Positions 39,071 through 48,178 of a stretch of DNA of 64,000 bases are shown one piece after another. The stretch comes from Bryobacterales bacterium (GTDB lineage Bacteria > Acidobacteriota > Terriglobia > Bryobacterales > Bryobacteraceae). Within the stretch, counting starts at the first letter, position 1, and each line of letters begins with the position of its first letter. The position numbers were made by a program, and so were the translations under genes. The stretch covers positions 3,955 to 67,954 of the forward strand of contig JBBQGC010000016.1 of assembly GCA_038322705.1 (NCBI GenBank). The letters run 5' to 3'. The notes below the pieces were generated by a model that did not search any database, was not told the origin of the DNA, and was given only the letters and a program-made list of their open reading frames with translations.

Positions 39071-39114
39071 CCGGTCCGCCGCAATCTCACCAAGATCCGG
39101 CGGACCGGTTTTTT
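39071..39114 (+). terminator. Strong rho-independent terminator (plus orientation), abutting the xth stop codon
   Basis: CCGGTCCGCCG - 16-nt loop - CGGCGGACCGG followed by TTTTTT. Confidence 0.8.
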
Positions 39115-39117
39115 CGT

Positions 39118-39888
39118 TTACACATCGAACTCCGCCCAAGCTACCGTGTGATCCGACGCGCCCTCCGCCCGGCGCGGATCGAGATCGACACCCGCGGCCG
39201 TGCAACGTTCCGCCAGGGGCGCGGTGGCCATGATGTGATCGATCCTCCAACCCCAGTTGTGCTCGAACGCATTCCGGAAATAATCCCAGTAGGTGTATTG
39301 AAGCGTGTCCGGGTAAAGCTTCCGAAACACATCGACAAAACCCCAGGCTGCGGTTTGCTTGTAGGCGTTGCGGGCGTCGATGTGAAAGTCGACATCCATC
39401 ACGCGGCGGTCAGGATGATAGACGTCGATCGGTTCGGGAGCGACGTTCAGATCGCCGAGCCATACAGCGGGCTTCGCGGGATCCAGGTACGCGCGAAAGT
39501 AGTCGCGCAGGCGTTCGAACCACTCCAGCTTGAACGCATACTTCTCGGAGCCGACCTTGTAGCCTTGCGGGACGTACGTATTAATGATGGGAATTCCGCC
39601 GACGACGGTTTGGATGATCCGGACATCGTCGTTATCGGGACCGTGGTGCAGGCCGTGAACGACGCTCTCGGGCTTGGCGAGCGTTAACGTGGCAACGCCG
39701 TTATACCCCTTCATACCGCGCATCGATACGTGGTAGCCCGCCTCGCGGATTGCCTCGACTGGGAAATCCTTATCCGGAACCTTGGTCTCCTGAAGACAAA
39801 GAACATCCGGCCGGTTCTTTTCAACCCAACCCACCACCAGAGGGAGGCGCCGGCGAATGGAGTTGACATTGTATGTAGCGATCTTCAT
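39118..39888 (-). CDS. xth: Exodeoxyribonuclease III
   Basis: MKIATYNVNSIRRRLP..., LCLQETK and WRIDHIMAT. Start at ATG 39888. Confidence 0.92.
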   Translation of the reverse strand: MKIATYNVNSIRRRLPLVVGWVEKNRPDVLCLQETKVPDKDFPVEAIREAGYHVSMRGMKGYNGVATLTLAKPESVVHGLHHGPDNDDVRIIQTVVGGIPIINTYVPQGYKVGSEKYAFKLEWFERLRDYFRAYLDPAKPAVWLGDLNVAPEPIDVYHPDRRVMDVDFHIDARNAYKQTAAWGFVDVFRKLYPDTLQYTYWDYFRNAFEHNWGWRIDHIMATAPLAERCTAAGVDLDPRRAEGASDHTVAWAEFDV

Positions 39889-39911
39889 GCTTCCGCCCGG
39901 AGTATCGCACA

Positions 39912-40628
39912 ATGATGGGTATGGGATTTCTTGACGGCAAGTACGCGATCGTTACCGGCGGGACACGCGGAATCGGGAGGGCGATCGCCGAACGGTTGCT
40001 GGATGAGGGCGCCTCGGTTGCGATCTGCGGGCGTACTGCGAGCAGCACCCAGGCGGCGGTTCAGCAGTTGCGTGCGCACGGAAATGCAATCGGCATGTCC
40101 GCCGACGTCGCCGACCCGGCCAGTGTTGCGAACTTCTTCGAATTCACGACGCGGAATTTTCCCGGCCTCGACATCGCGATTCTGAACGCGGGAGTAGGTG
40201 TGTTCCGCAAGGCTGGCGATCTGACGATAGAAGAGTGGCGCAGCGTCGTCGAAACAAATCTCTCGGGAGTGTTTTATTGCTCGCACGAGTCGCTGCGGCT
40301 GATGAAGCAGCGCGGGGGCGGCTATATCATCAATATCAGCAGCCTCGCGGGCAAGAATCCCTTTAGTGGCGGCGCGGCGTACAACGCATCGAAGTTCGGG
40401 CTGAATGGCTTCAGCGAGGCGATGATGCTCGACCACCGCTACGACAATATCCGCGTGAGTTACATCATGCCGGGGAGTGTGGCCACGGAGTTCGGCGCGG
40501 GGGATAGCTCTGGCGATTGGAAGATTGCACCGGACGACATCGCGGAGATTGTCGCCGGGTTGCTGCACCTGCCCGAACGGACGCTGGTCAGCCGCGTGGA
40601 AGTGCGCCCGAGTAAGCCGAAGAAGTAG
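39912..40628 (+). CDS. SDR-family oxidoreductase
   Basis: VTGGTRGIGRAIA and YNASKFGL (YxxxK). Confidence 0.9.
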   Translation: MMGMGFLDGKYAIVTGGTRGIGRAIAERLLDEGASVAICGRTASSTQAAVQQLRAHGNAIGMSADVADPASVANFFEFTTRNFPGLDIAILNAGVGVFRKAGDLTIEEWRSVVETNLSGVFYCSHESLRLMKQRGGGYIINISSLAGKNPFSGGAAYNASKFGLNGFSEAMMLDHRYDNIRVSYIMPGSVATEFGAGDSSGDWKIAPDDIAEIVAGLLHLPERTLVSRVEVRPSKPKK

Positions 40629-40683
40629 GCCTGTTCCAAAACGGAGCATAGGCGAGGCGCGCGGGATTTTTTGCCGCCCCATT

Positions 40684-40700
40684 CTGGAACGTTCTTCCAG
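40684..40700. promoter_or_regulatory. Palindrome CTGGAA-N5-TTCCAG, candidate enhancer-binding-protein site
   Basis: Perfect 6-bp arms, about 130 bp upstream of the sigma-54 promoter. A second palindrome, TTTCGCT-N8-AGCGAAA, is at 40742-40763. Confidence 0.35.
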
Positions 40701-40826
40701 CGACGAAGGCGCAATAGGAAAGTTCCGCCGTCTACCGCGGCTTTCGCTGGCCCAAAAGCGAAACCTGAGATACGCTCGGGGTGGATTGCCTTGCCGATTT
40801 CATCGACTTAAGCCTCGAGGCCGCAT

Positions 40827-40841
40827 TGGCACGCCGCTTGC
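40827..40841 (+). promoter_or_regulatory. Sigma-54 (RpoN) -24/-12 promoter
   Basis: TGGCAC-GCCGC-TTGCT matches the TGGCAC-N5-TTGCW core exactly. It ends 35 nt upstream of the AAA+ ATG, with GGAGAGG between. Confidence 0.6.
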
Positions 40842-40875
40842 TCATTTACAAAGCGGAGAGGCGGGGCAAAACAAA

Positions 40876-42057
40876 ATGGTCAGGCTGAACGCGAAGCTGG
40901 ACCCCACGAAAGCGGGTCGGGATGCAGAGACGCTCGAAGGTAACCTCAAAAAGCTGATTGTCGGCCAGGACGAGGCGATCGAGCAGATCGTAAATATATA
41001 TCAGATGCATAACACCGGCATGAATGCACCTTGCCGCCCTGTGGGAACGTTCCTGTTCCTGGGCCCGACCGGGACCGGTAAAACCCGGATCGTCGAGGCC
41101 ACGGCGGAGTGTCTGGTGAAGAATCCGCGCGCAGTGATCAAAATTGACTGCGGCGAGTTCCAGCACAGCCACGAGATTGCGAAGCTAATCGGCTCGCCTC
41201 CGGGATATCTGGGCCACCGGGAAACGCACCCGCTGCTGAGTCAGGAAGTCCTGAACCAGTTTCATACGGACAAGTGCAAGGTCAGCTTCGTTCTGTTCGA
41301 TGAAATCGAGAAGGCGAGCGACGCGCTCTGGAATCTGTTGCTCGGCATCCTGGACAAGGCGACGCTGACGCTCGGCGACAATCGCAAGGTCGATTTTTCG
41401 CGCGCCCTCATCTTTATGACCAGTAACGTAGGCGCGGCGGAGATGAGCGCGATTCTGAATCCGAAGATGGGCTTCTGCACGCCCCAGCGCTCCGACGTGC
41501 AGGCTGGTTCGGTGTGCGAGAAAACCACTAAGAAGGTGTCGAATAGCGGACTCGAAGCGGCTCGGCGTAAGTTTCCGCCGGAATTTGTGAATCGCGCGGA
41601 CAAGATTGTCGTCTTCAAGCCGCTGGGGCAGACGCAGTTGCGGCGCGTGCTCGACATCGAGTTGAACATGGTGCAGCAGCGCGTCTTCGATTCCGCGGGC
41701 GTGAATGCGTTCGTTTTCTCGGCCACTGATGCGGCGAAGGATTTCCTGTTGCAGGAAGGCACGGACGTGAAATACGGAGCCCGGCCATTGAAGCGCATCA
41801 TTGAGAAGTTGCTGGTCCATCCAATGTCGAACCTGATTGCAACCGATCAGATTCGGGGCGGCGATATGCTTCGCGTCGATTTCGACTCGGCGGAAAGCAA
41901 ACTGGTCTTCTTAAAGGAAGCCGAGGGGATGCCGGCGCACTATATGCAGCAGATGACATCGGCTTCGCTAAATGCGTTGGCCGGAGCCGCGGGATTGGCG
42001 ATGCCCGAGGAAACCGCTCGAGGCGTCGCGCGGGGACGCGGCAATAAGAACAATTGA
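40876..42057 (+). CDS. Stand-alone AAA+ ATPase resembling the D2 module of ClpA/ClpB (AAA_2 plus ClpB_D2-small), 393 aa
   Basis: LIVGQDEAI, Walker A GPTGTGKT, PPGYLGH, Walker B FVLFDEIEKA, FRPEFVNR-like FPPEFVNR, and sensor GARPLKR. No N-domain, D1 or middle domain. The track start at 40477 is an extension. Confidence 0.8.
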   Translation: MVRLNAKLDPTKAGRDAETLEGNLKKLIVGQDEAIEQIVNIYQMHNTGMNAPCRPVGTFLFLGPTGTGKTRIVEATAECLVKNPRAVIKIDCGEFQHSHEIAKLIGSPPGYLGHRETHPLLSQEVLNQFHTDKCKVSFVLFDEIEKASDALWNLLLGILDKATLTLGDNRKVDFSRALIFMTSNVGAAEMSAILNPKMGFCTPQRSDVQAGSVCEKTTKKVSNSGLEAARRKFPPEFVNRADKIVVFKPLGQTQLRRVLDIELNMVQQRVFDSAGVNAFVFSATDAAKDFLLQEGTDVKYGARPLKRIIEKLLVHPMSNLIATDQIRGGDMLRVDFDSAESKLVFLKEAEGMPAHYMQQMTSASLNALAGAAGLAMPEETARGVARGRGNKNN

Positions 42058-42087
42058 TTCTCCAGTGAACGAAGTCCAACCTTGAGA

Positions 42088-42128
42088 GGGCCAGCCATGG
42101 CGAACAGTCCACGGCTGGCCCTTTTTTT
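42088..42128 (+). terminator. Rho-independent terminator after the AAA+ gene
   Basis: GGGCCAGCC - 16-nt loop - GGCTGGCCC followed by TTTTTTT. Confidence 0.85.
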
Positions 42129-42177
42129 CTTTGCATCGGCGCATTCCGAACCCTTGGGCGCGATATGCTGGTGACGA

Positions 42178-42654
42178 ATGCAAGGAAACCCGAAAGTCCT
42201 GGCCCACTTACAAGAAGCTCTGAAAGAGGAGCTGACGGCCATCAACCAATACTTTTTGCACGCTGAAATGTGCGAGAACTGGGGCTACAAGAGCCTCGGC
42301 AATTTCATTAAAAAGCAGTCCATTGACGAGATGAAGCACGCCGAGGAACTTATCGAACGGATTCTGTTCCTGGATGGCACGCCGAGCCTGACCGAGTTGA
42401 TGCAGCTCAACGTCGGGCAGAACGTGAAGGCTCAGCTCGAAAACGATCACAAGCTGGAAGTGAACGCGGTTGGAATGTATAACGCCGCCGTGAAGGTCGC
42501 CCGCGACGAAGGCGACAACGCCTCGCGTGAGCTATTTGAGCGCCTATTGAAGGACGAAGAAAGACACGCAGATTGGCTTGAGGCCCAACTGCACCAGATC
42601 AAAGAAGTGGGATACGAGCGGTATCTATCGCGTCAGATTCCGGACAAGCTGTAG
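42178..42654 (+). CDS. bfr: Bacterioferritin
   Basis: MQGNPKVLAHLQEALKEELTAINQYFLHAEMCENWGY and IDEMKHAEELIERILFLDG, 158 aa. Confidence 0.93.
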   Translation: MQGNPKVLAHLQEALKEELTAINQYFLHAEMCENWGYKSLGNFIKKQSIDEMKHAEELIERILFLDGTPSLTELMQLNVGQNVKAQLENDHKLEVNAVGMYNAAVKVARDEGDNASRELFERLLKDEERHADWLEAQLHQIKEVGYERYLSRQIPDKL

Positions 42655-43510
42655 CCGCCAAGGCCGCCAGGTCCTTCGCCACCCGGCGCGCTACGTCATC
42701 CCAGCGTTCCGGCGCCGGCTGGCGGTATAACCGCATAACCGGGTACCACGGAGAGTCGTCGCGGTTCTCCATCCAACGCCAGTCGGCGCGATGGGGTAGC
42801 AGCGTCCACACCGGCCGGTCCAAGGCTCCGGCCAGATGTGCCGTCATGCTGTCCACCGTGACGATCAGGTCCAATTGCAGCATGGCGGCAGCAGCGGCTG
42901 CGATCTGGGCTGTCGAGAGGTGCAGCGGGATCAGTTCGAATGTGCTCGCACGCCACTTGCCGGCTTCGGGCCCTTGCTGCAAACTGTAAAAACGCACGTT
43001 GGGGATGTCTCTCAGCGGCGCCAGCTCAGACAGGTTCATCGACCTCGAGGCATCCCATGCGCCGGAGGCCCAGATCAAGCCCACGTTAAGCGTCCGCCGG
43101 TCGTGGATTGGTGTGAAACGGGCCGTATCGACAGGGACAAACGGCGGGGAAATTGTTTTGAGGTGCGTGCGGAAGAGATACCGCAGTTCCATGCACTCGA
43201 CCTCTATTCCGCCACCTGTCGAGGCGAGTGTCACGCCGGGCATGCCTTCATACAACTCCCACAATTCCGGTTGCACGTCCAGGGATACCTCCGAGGCCAA
43301 CGGCACGACGAGCGGAAGGTAGCGAAGGAACTGAATGGAATCGCCCAACCCATGCTGGCAACGGATGATGACTGGCTGCCCCGTAACGGGCGTGCCGTCC
43401 CACAGCAGGTTGTCCGGCAGGCTGCGTCCACCGATTGCGCGGCGCGGAGCCTCGATCTCATCGGTAATCCGCCAGGCGGCTTCGAAAGCACCGGACCGCA
43501 TCGCTGCCAT
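42599..43510 (-). CDS. Glycosyltransferase family 9 (heptosyltransferase)-like protein
   Basis: IIRCQHGLGDSIQFLRYLP, GLIWASG and VTVDSMTAHLAGALDRPVWTLL are GT9-like. Start chosen at ATG 43510 so it does not overlap the divergent gene. The 3' end overlaps bfr by 56 nt. Confidence 0.6.
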   Translation of the reverse strand: MAAMRSGAFEAAWRITDEIEAPRRAIGGRSLPDNLLWDGTPVTGQPVIIRCQHGLGDSIQFLRYLPLVVPLASEVSLDVQPELWELYEGMPGVTLASTGGGIEVECMELRYLFRTHLKTISPPFVPVDTARFTPIHDRRTLNVGLIWASGAWDASRSMNLSELAPLRDIPNVRFYSLQQGPEAGKWRASTFELIPLHLSTAQIAAAAAAMLQLDLIVTVDSMTAHLAGALDRPVWTLLPHRADWRWMENRDDSPWYPVMRLYRQPAPERWDDVARRVAKDLAALAATACPESDAIDTARIPLL

Positions 43511-43585
43511 CCAGCGTTCCACCGCACCTGGCACGCCCTCAATGATACCCGCAGCCCCGCACTGGATGGTATGGTGGGGAGTTTG

Positions 43586-45157
43586 ATGTTCGATCACGCG
43601 CCCCTGTTTCTCGGTCACAGGAAGCTCGACGAGCGTAGGCGCTTCAAACTGGGGCTCGTAGTTAACCGCGGGCAGAACCCCGTTTGGGTGCGCGACATTG
43701 TCGAGTACCTGCTGGGCGTGCCCCAATTCGATATCTCGGTACGCGAGTCGAATGAACCGAAGCACGTGCCGCTCGCTCCTTCCTGGCTTGCCGATCGCCT
43801 GTACACGGCAAGCAGGCGCAAATACGATGCGTTCGCGGAAACCGAGGATGGCGCGGTGATCAATTCGCCGCCGGATACGGGTGAGCCGGTGGACGCCCTA
43901 TTTTGGTTAGCGAGTGCCCGGCCGCGGGGCACGTGTGCCGGGCTTGCGCGCTTTGGCGTGTTTACGCTCCAACTCGGCGACGAGACGACGGACCCGCCAT
44001 ACTGGCGCGAAGTGATCGAAGCCTCCCCGATCTCCGCGGCAGTGTTGTACTGGCATGCGACGTCGTTCGAACGAGGGCGCGCCGTGTACACCGCCGAAAC
44101 GGGTACGCAACAGGATTGGGCGTTTACGCGAAACGCGGAGGAGCCGCTGCAGGCGCTGCCTCGCATGCTGGCTATCACGGCCCTCGAGCTGATGTGCAGC
44201 GGCTCGGAGTGGATCGCGGGCGCCCTGGAGTTGCCCGAAGTGGAGCGCCCGCGCTCGCGTCAGGCGTCGTTTCCATCGGCGCTGGATACGCTGCGGTTCA
44301 TTGCCCGTCAGGCTACACGCAGCGCTTCGGTACGCGTGAACGGCCGCGGTAAACTCCGCCGATGGTTTCTGGCGCTTCGCCGGAATCCGTCTTTGTTCTA
44401 TAGCAACCTCGGCCGTTTCTCGCGGGATGGCCTGGAAGACATCCCACTTCGCGGAACCCATATGGCCGATCCATTCGTGATCGAGCATGGCAAACGCAAC
44501 TGGTTATTTTACGAATATGTCCCGCTGGGCGCTAGCAGAGGACGGCTGAGTTGCATGGAGTTGGACGCCGATGGCAAGCCAGGCAGCGCCCAAGTGGTGC
44601 TGAAGACCGATTATCATCTGTCCTATCCCTGCGTATTTAATGTTAATGGCGAGTACTTTATGATTCCGGAATCGTCGGCCAATCGCACCGTGCAGCTCTA
44701 CCGTGCGACTCGCTTTCCATTCGAGTTTCAGCTCGAGTCCATCTTGATTGATAGCATCTCTGCGGTCGATACAACACCGTTCCACTTGAACGGGCATTGG
44801 TACTTCTTCACAACCACTACTCAACCGTTCCTCGAGACATTTCTGTTCTGGTCCGACTCGCTGGACGGCGAATGGCGGCTACATCCGATCAGCCCGATCT
44901 CATCGTCGGCGCGGAATACACGTTCGGCTGGACATCTCTTCTATCACAACGGCCGCCTATTACGTCCCACGCAGGACTGTTCTGTCCGGTATGGATACGG
45001 GATGACAATTAACGAGATCACGCGGCTGTCTCCCACCGACTTTGAAGAGCACAAGGTGGATTTTATTCCGCCACGGTGGCGGCGCGGGTTGCTGGGCACT
45101 CATACTCTGAACAGCAACACACAATTCGAAGTCATCGACGGGATTCGTTACCAATAA
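43586..45157 (+). CDS. Two-domain protein: weak formyltransferase-like N-domain plus beta-propeller C-domain (family I recall being annotated as glucosamine inositolphosphorylceramide transferase-like)
   Basis: MFDHAPLFLGHRKLDERRRFKLGLVVN... then ADPFVIEHGKRNWLFYEYVP...YPCVFNVNGEYFMIPESS...HWYFFTTT...AGHLFYHNGRLLRPTQDCS. The first 250 codons of the track ORF are antisense to the GT9-like gene. Confidence 0.55.
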   Translation: MFDHAPLFLGHRKLDERRRFKLGLVVNRGQNPVWVRDIVEYLLGVPQFDISVRESNEPKHVPLAPSWLADRLYTASRRKYDAFAETEDGAVINSPPDTGEPVDALFWLASARPRGTCAGLARFGVFTLQLGDETTDPPYWREVIEASPISAAVLYWHATSFERGRAVYTAETGTQQDWAFTRNAEEPLQALPRMLAITALELMCSGSEWIAGALELPEVERPRSRQASFPSALDTLRFIARQATRSASVRVNGRGKLRRWFLALRRNPSLFYSNLGRFSRDGLEDIPLRGTHMADPFVIEHGKRNWLFYEYVPLGASRGRLSCMELDADGKPGSAQVVLKTDYHLSYPCVFNVNGEYFMIPESSANRTVQLYRATRFPFEFQLESILIDSISAVDTTPFHLNGHWYFFTTTTQPFLETFLFWSDSLDGEWRLHPISPISSSARNTRSAGHLFYHNGRLLRPTQDCSVRYGYGMTINEITRLSPTDFEEHKVDFIPPRWRRGLLGTHTLNSNTQFEVIDGIRYQ

Positions 45158-46194
45158 TGAGTTCTCAATTCCGCGCGACGACTCCGCTGGATGCCGGCGC
45201 GATATCCACGTTCATGCAACACGTATTCGGAATGAGTCCGGAGCATCCGGGTCTCAATCCGTGCCAGATGGACTGGAAGTATTGGCGGCCCCATCCGGAG
45301 TGGATCGGCGCGCGGGGGTACGTGATGGAGCGCGACGGTCAAATCGTGGCCCACGGGTCGGTTGTACCTCTGACTTGTCTCTGGGACGGTCAGCGCTTCA
45401 AACTGATTGATCTCATCGATTGGGCCGCTCACCCGGCGCATCCTGGCGCGGGAATTACGTTGCTCAAGCGCGTGGCAAAGTTGGTGGATGGTGTGTTCAT
45501 CGCCGGGGGAACCGATTCAGCGCAACGAGTGTTCGACAGTTTGGGGTTTCGACGTTTCGCGGACGCTAACAAATACGCCGTGCCTGTGCGGCCCCTCGCC
45601 CGATTGATGCGCGACAATGAGGCGATCTGGAAACGCGGAGCGAGACTCGTTCGCAATGTTGCATGGACCGTCGACACCTTGAACGCGGTGCCACCGGGTT
45701 GGTCCGCACGCGCGGTTGATCGGGCGGAAGTCACCCGCACGGTCTTCCCTCGACCCGCGCCCGAGCCCGACATGGCTGTGTTCGAGCGGACGCCCGAGTC
45801 CATCGCATTTCTCCTCGAGTGCCCCATCACGCCTTCGCGGTTCTATATTGCCGATCTGGGCGGAGTCACACGAGGGTACTTCATCCTGAACATCGCCCAG
45901 AATCAGTGCCGGATCGGCGATGCTTGGATGGATTCCGGGCGTGCGGCCGATTGGCGGGCTCTGTACTCCCTTGCACTGAACGAGGCGCGCCTTCAACAAG
46001 GCGTGACCGAGGTAGTGACCGTGGCTAACACCGGCGTGGCTCGGGAAGCACTCGCCGCGAACGGATTCAGGCCTCGCGGGATTACCTCCTTGAGAATGCT
46101 GCTTCCCGATCGCTGTCCGCCCGCGATTCGCTACCAACTAACCGATAACGACTCGGCGTATATGAACGACGGCAAAGACGTCTATTGGACGTGA
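45157..46194 (+). CDS. GNAT-superfamily acyltransferase (two tandem acyl-CoA N-acyltransferase-like halves)
   Basis: ATG overlaps the upstream stop (TAATG). DWAAHPAHPGAGITLLKRV is an acetyl-CoA-loop-like segment. 345 aa. Confidence 0.6.
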   Translation: MSSQFRATTPLDAGAISTFMQHVFGMSPEHPGLNPCQMDWKYWRPHPEWIGARGYVMERDGQIVAHGSVVPLTCLWDGQRFKLIDLIDWAAHPAHPGAGITLLKRVAKLVDGVFIAGGTDSAQRVFDSLGFRRFADANKYAVPVRPLARLMRDNEAIWKRGARLVRNVAWTVDTLNAVPPGWSARAVDRAEVTRTVFPRPAPEPDMAVFERTPESIAFLLECPITPSRFYIADLGGVTRGYFILNIAQNQCRIGDAWMDSGRAADWRALYSLALNEARLQQGVTEVVTVANTGVAREALAANGFRPRGITSLRMLLPDRCPPAIRYQLTDNDSAYMNDGKDVYWT

Positions 46195-46421
46195 TGTTCT
46201 CGTAAGTAGGCGTCAATAGCAGCATAGGAAGTCAGCTCCTCGTAATCATCGATATGAAGGTCAATCCCGAATTCCTCCGAGACCGCCGATAACAGAGTGA
46301 TGTGCGCCACCGAATCCCATGCCGGGACTTTGTCCGCGGTTGCGCCTTGGATCGCATCTGGCGCAAGATCGGGAAACACATTCGCAAAGCAGTTCGATAG
46401 CCGCTGTTCCATTGAATTCAT
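46182..46421 (-). CDS. Acyl carrier protein
   Basis: 79 aa. PAWDSVAHITLLSAVSEEFGI contains the DS phosphopantetheine-attachment motif. The ATG overlaps the FkbH-like stop (ATGA). Confidence 0.8.
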   Translation of the reverse strand: MNSMEQRLSNCFANVFPDLAPDAIQGATADKVPAWDSVAHITLLSAVSEEFGIDLHIDDYEELTSYAAIDAYLREHHVQ

Positions 46422-48178
46422 GACTGTACTTCGACAACCTCGTGAGGCAGATCGGGAAATTGGGACTCGAACTCATTTCGGGCGATCGTATACTGCGAGT
46501 CGAGCTGCGCAAAGAACTCCTGCAGCGGCCCGTTCCGGTTTGTCCGCGTAAATGCAAACTCTATCCAGTCAACCCCGGTGATATTGAACAAGCTTGCGAT
46601 CGTGCGATGCTCGATGTTGCGCGAAAATGCCCGGCAACTCATCACCCAATGACTGACCTTCAGGGTGTTGCCGTGCCGTTCTCCCAACACGGTTCCGATC
46701 TTTCCCAGCGGCCCGAACTTGTCCCGGTAAGATACTACCGCCAGTACGCTATTGTTCGCGGCCAGACATCGCTGCCACTCGCCTTCAGACATTCTCAGTC
46801 CATTCAGATTGAATTGGTTCGTTTTGTTAATCAATTCCAGAGGCCGCTTGTCGGCCGGGTCCTTTCGGTAGTCAATCGTGACAACGCCCCCCAAGCCGGC
46901 CAGGAAATCGGGAGAGGCGCCCGCCTCGCGAATTTCGCTCGAAGCGCGTATACTTGCAGCGCGTAGTGCGTCTTCCTCACCCAGCACCGGCTTGCCGAAC
47001 AGGTCGCGCAACTCAGTCAACAGACTCCAGAGCTTGACCGCATCCTTGCCTGGAAATCGCCGGCACGTGATCCCTGGTAAGGCTTGCGCTACTTCTTCCA
47101 GCTCCATTGGATTATCATCGACAAACACCACGCTGTCGGCCGCGATATTCCAGATGGATAATATTTCGGCCACCGCCTTTGACTTCGGTCCCCAACTCGC
47201 TCTGACCGGGAACAGCTTGTCCGGCTGAATCAGCAGGTCACTTCGCCCCAGCGCAGTTTCAACGACGGGTAACTCGTTTTTCGACGACACTCCAATCAAA
47301 ACTCCGCAATCCGCCAGATGACTCAACATCTGCTGATACAGTCCGTGTGTTTGCGAGTGGCTGTCCTGATGCCACGAAATTGCCTCCGGTCCGATCTCGC
47401 CCACGATGCCCGACCACAACGTATTGTCCAGGTCAGTGATCAGGGCTTTCTTCGGCGGACGGGGATACAGGACATCTGCAACACAGCCAGCTAGCGCGGC
47501 GGCGTGCGCGGTCGTGTACGGGAATCCAGCGAGCAACTCCATCTTGGCATCAAGCCGTCCCGCGGAGGGGCTCAACTGATTCAGATATTCACGATCCACC
47601 ACGCGAACACCATTCAACCGCGCCACACGAAGCAAAAAGGAATCCAGAGCGTGCTCCAATTCCAGTTCGAGCACGCTCGTTTGCGCCCGGATTGTGTGTC
47701 CGATGGGCGGAAGCGGTAGCGATGGAGCCGAGATCGCGACAGGCATCCGCTTGCCGAGCTTCTCGAGGCTCGACGTGAACCGCTCGAACCGGCCTTCGAC
47801 CATTCCGCCGATATCGCGCTGCGATGCGTGCGACCAGCCGCCGGCGCTTCGCAAGCCAAGCCGGGGGTCGACATCGCTCCATTCCATCACCACCGCGGCC
47901 GCGAGAGCATCGGAGTCCGCCGCACGCTCCAGATTACCCGCGAAGTCGCCATACAGGTCCGTCTCGATCTCAACATGATCGCCGGGAAATGTTTCGGCGA
48001 GAGTCGCATTTAGAAACGTGGCCAGGTGCATCGGCTGGAATCCACAAATCAGCGCATGTGCCTTTGCCTGCCCCTGCCCTTTCCTCTCCTTGATGCGCGC
48101 CAGCGCCTCGTTCAGTGTCACTATTTCAAGGTTGCCATGAAACCCGTGCGCCTGCGAATGGAGGAGAATAGTTGCCAT
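46418..48178 (-). CDS. HAD-IIIC / FkbH-like family protein
   Basis: LITDLDNTLWSGIVGE (DxDxT), VSSKN, VFVDDNP, and C-terminal VSHWVMSCRAFSRNIE. Start at ATG 48178. Confidence 0.8.
   Translation of the reverse strand: MATILLHSQAHGFHGNLEIVTLNEALARIKERKGQGQAKAHALICGFQPMHLATFLNATLAETFPGDHVEIETDLYGDFAGNLERAADSDALAAAVVMEWSDVDPRLGLRSAGGWSHASQRDIGGMVEGRFERFTSSLEKLGKRMPVAISAPSLPLPPIGHTIRAQTSVLELELEHALDSFLLRVARLNGVRVVDREYLNQLSPSAGRLDAKMELLAGFPYTTAHAAALAGCVADVLYPRPPKKALITDLDNTLWSGIVGEIGPEAISWHQDSHSQTHGLYQQMLSHLADCGVLIGVSSKNELPVVETALGRSDLLIQPDKLFPVRASWGPKSKAVAEILSIWNIAADSVVFVDDNPMELEEVAQALPGITCRRFPGKDAVKLWSLLTELRDLFGKPVLGEEDALRAASIRASSEIREAGASPDFLAGLGGVVTIDYRKDPADKRPLELINKTNQFNLNGLRMSEGEWQRCLAANNSVLAVVSYRDKFGPLGKIGTVLGERHGNTLKVSHWVMSCRAFSRNIEHRTIASLFNITGVDWIEFAFTRTNRNGPLQEFFAQLDSQYTIARNEFESQFPDLPHEVVEVQS

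Noticed and set aside
40477-40875. N-terminal 133 codons of track ORF 40477..42057. The similar extensions 21986..22108, 35535..35633 and 45076..45156 fall in the same category.
   Set aside because: They overlap the preceding gene or the intergenic promoter region. They are Arg-rich and are followed by an internal ATG with the conserved N-terminus.
42836-43585. N-terminal 250 codons of the 773-aa track ORF 42836..45157.
   Set aside because: This part is antisense to the GT9-like gene and does not look like protein. Conserved sequence begins at MFDHAPLF (ATG 43586).
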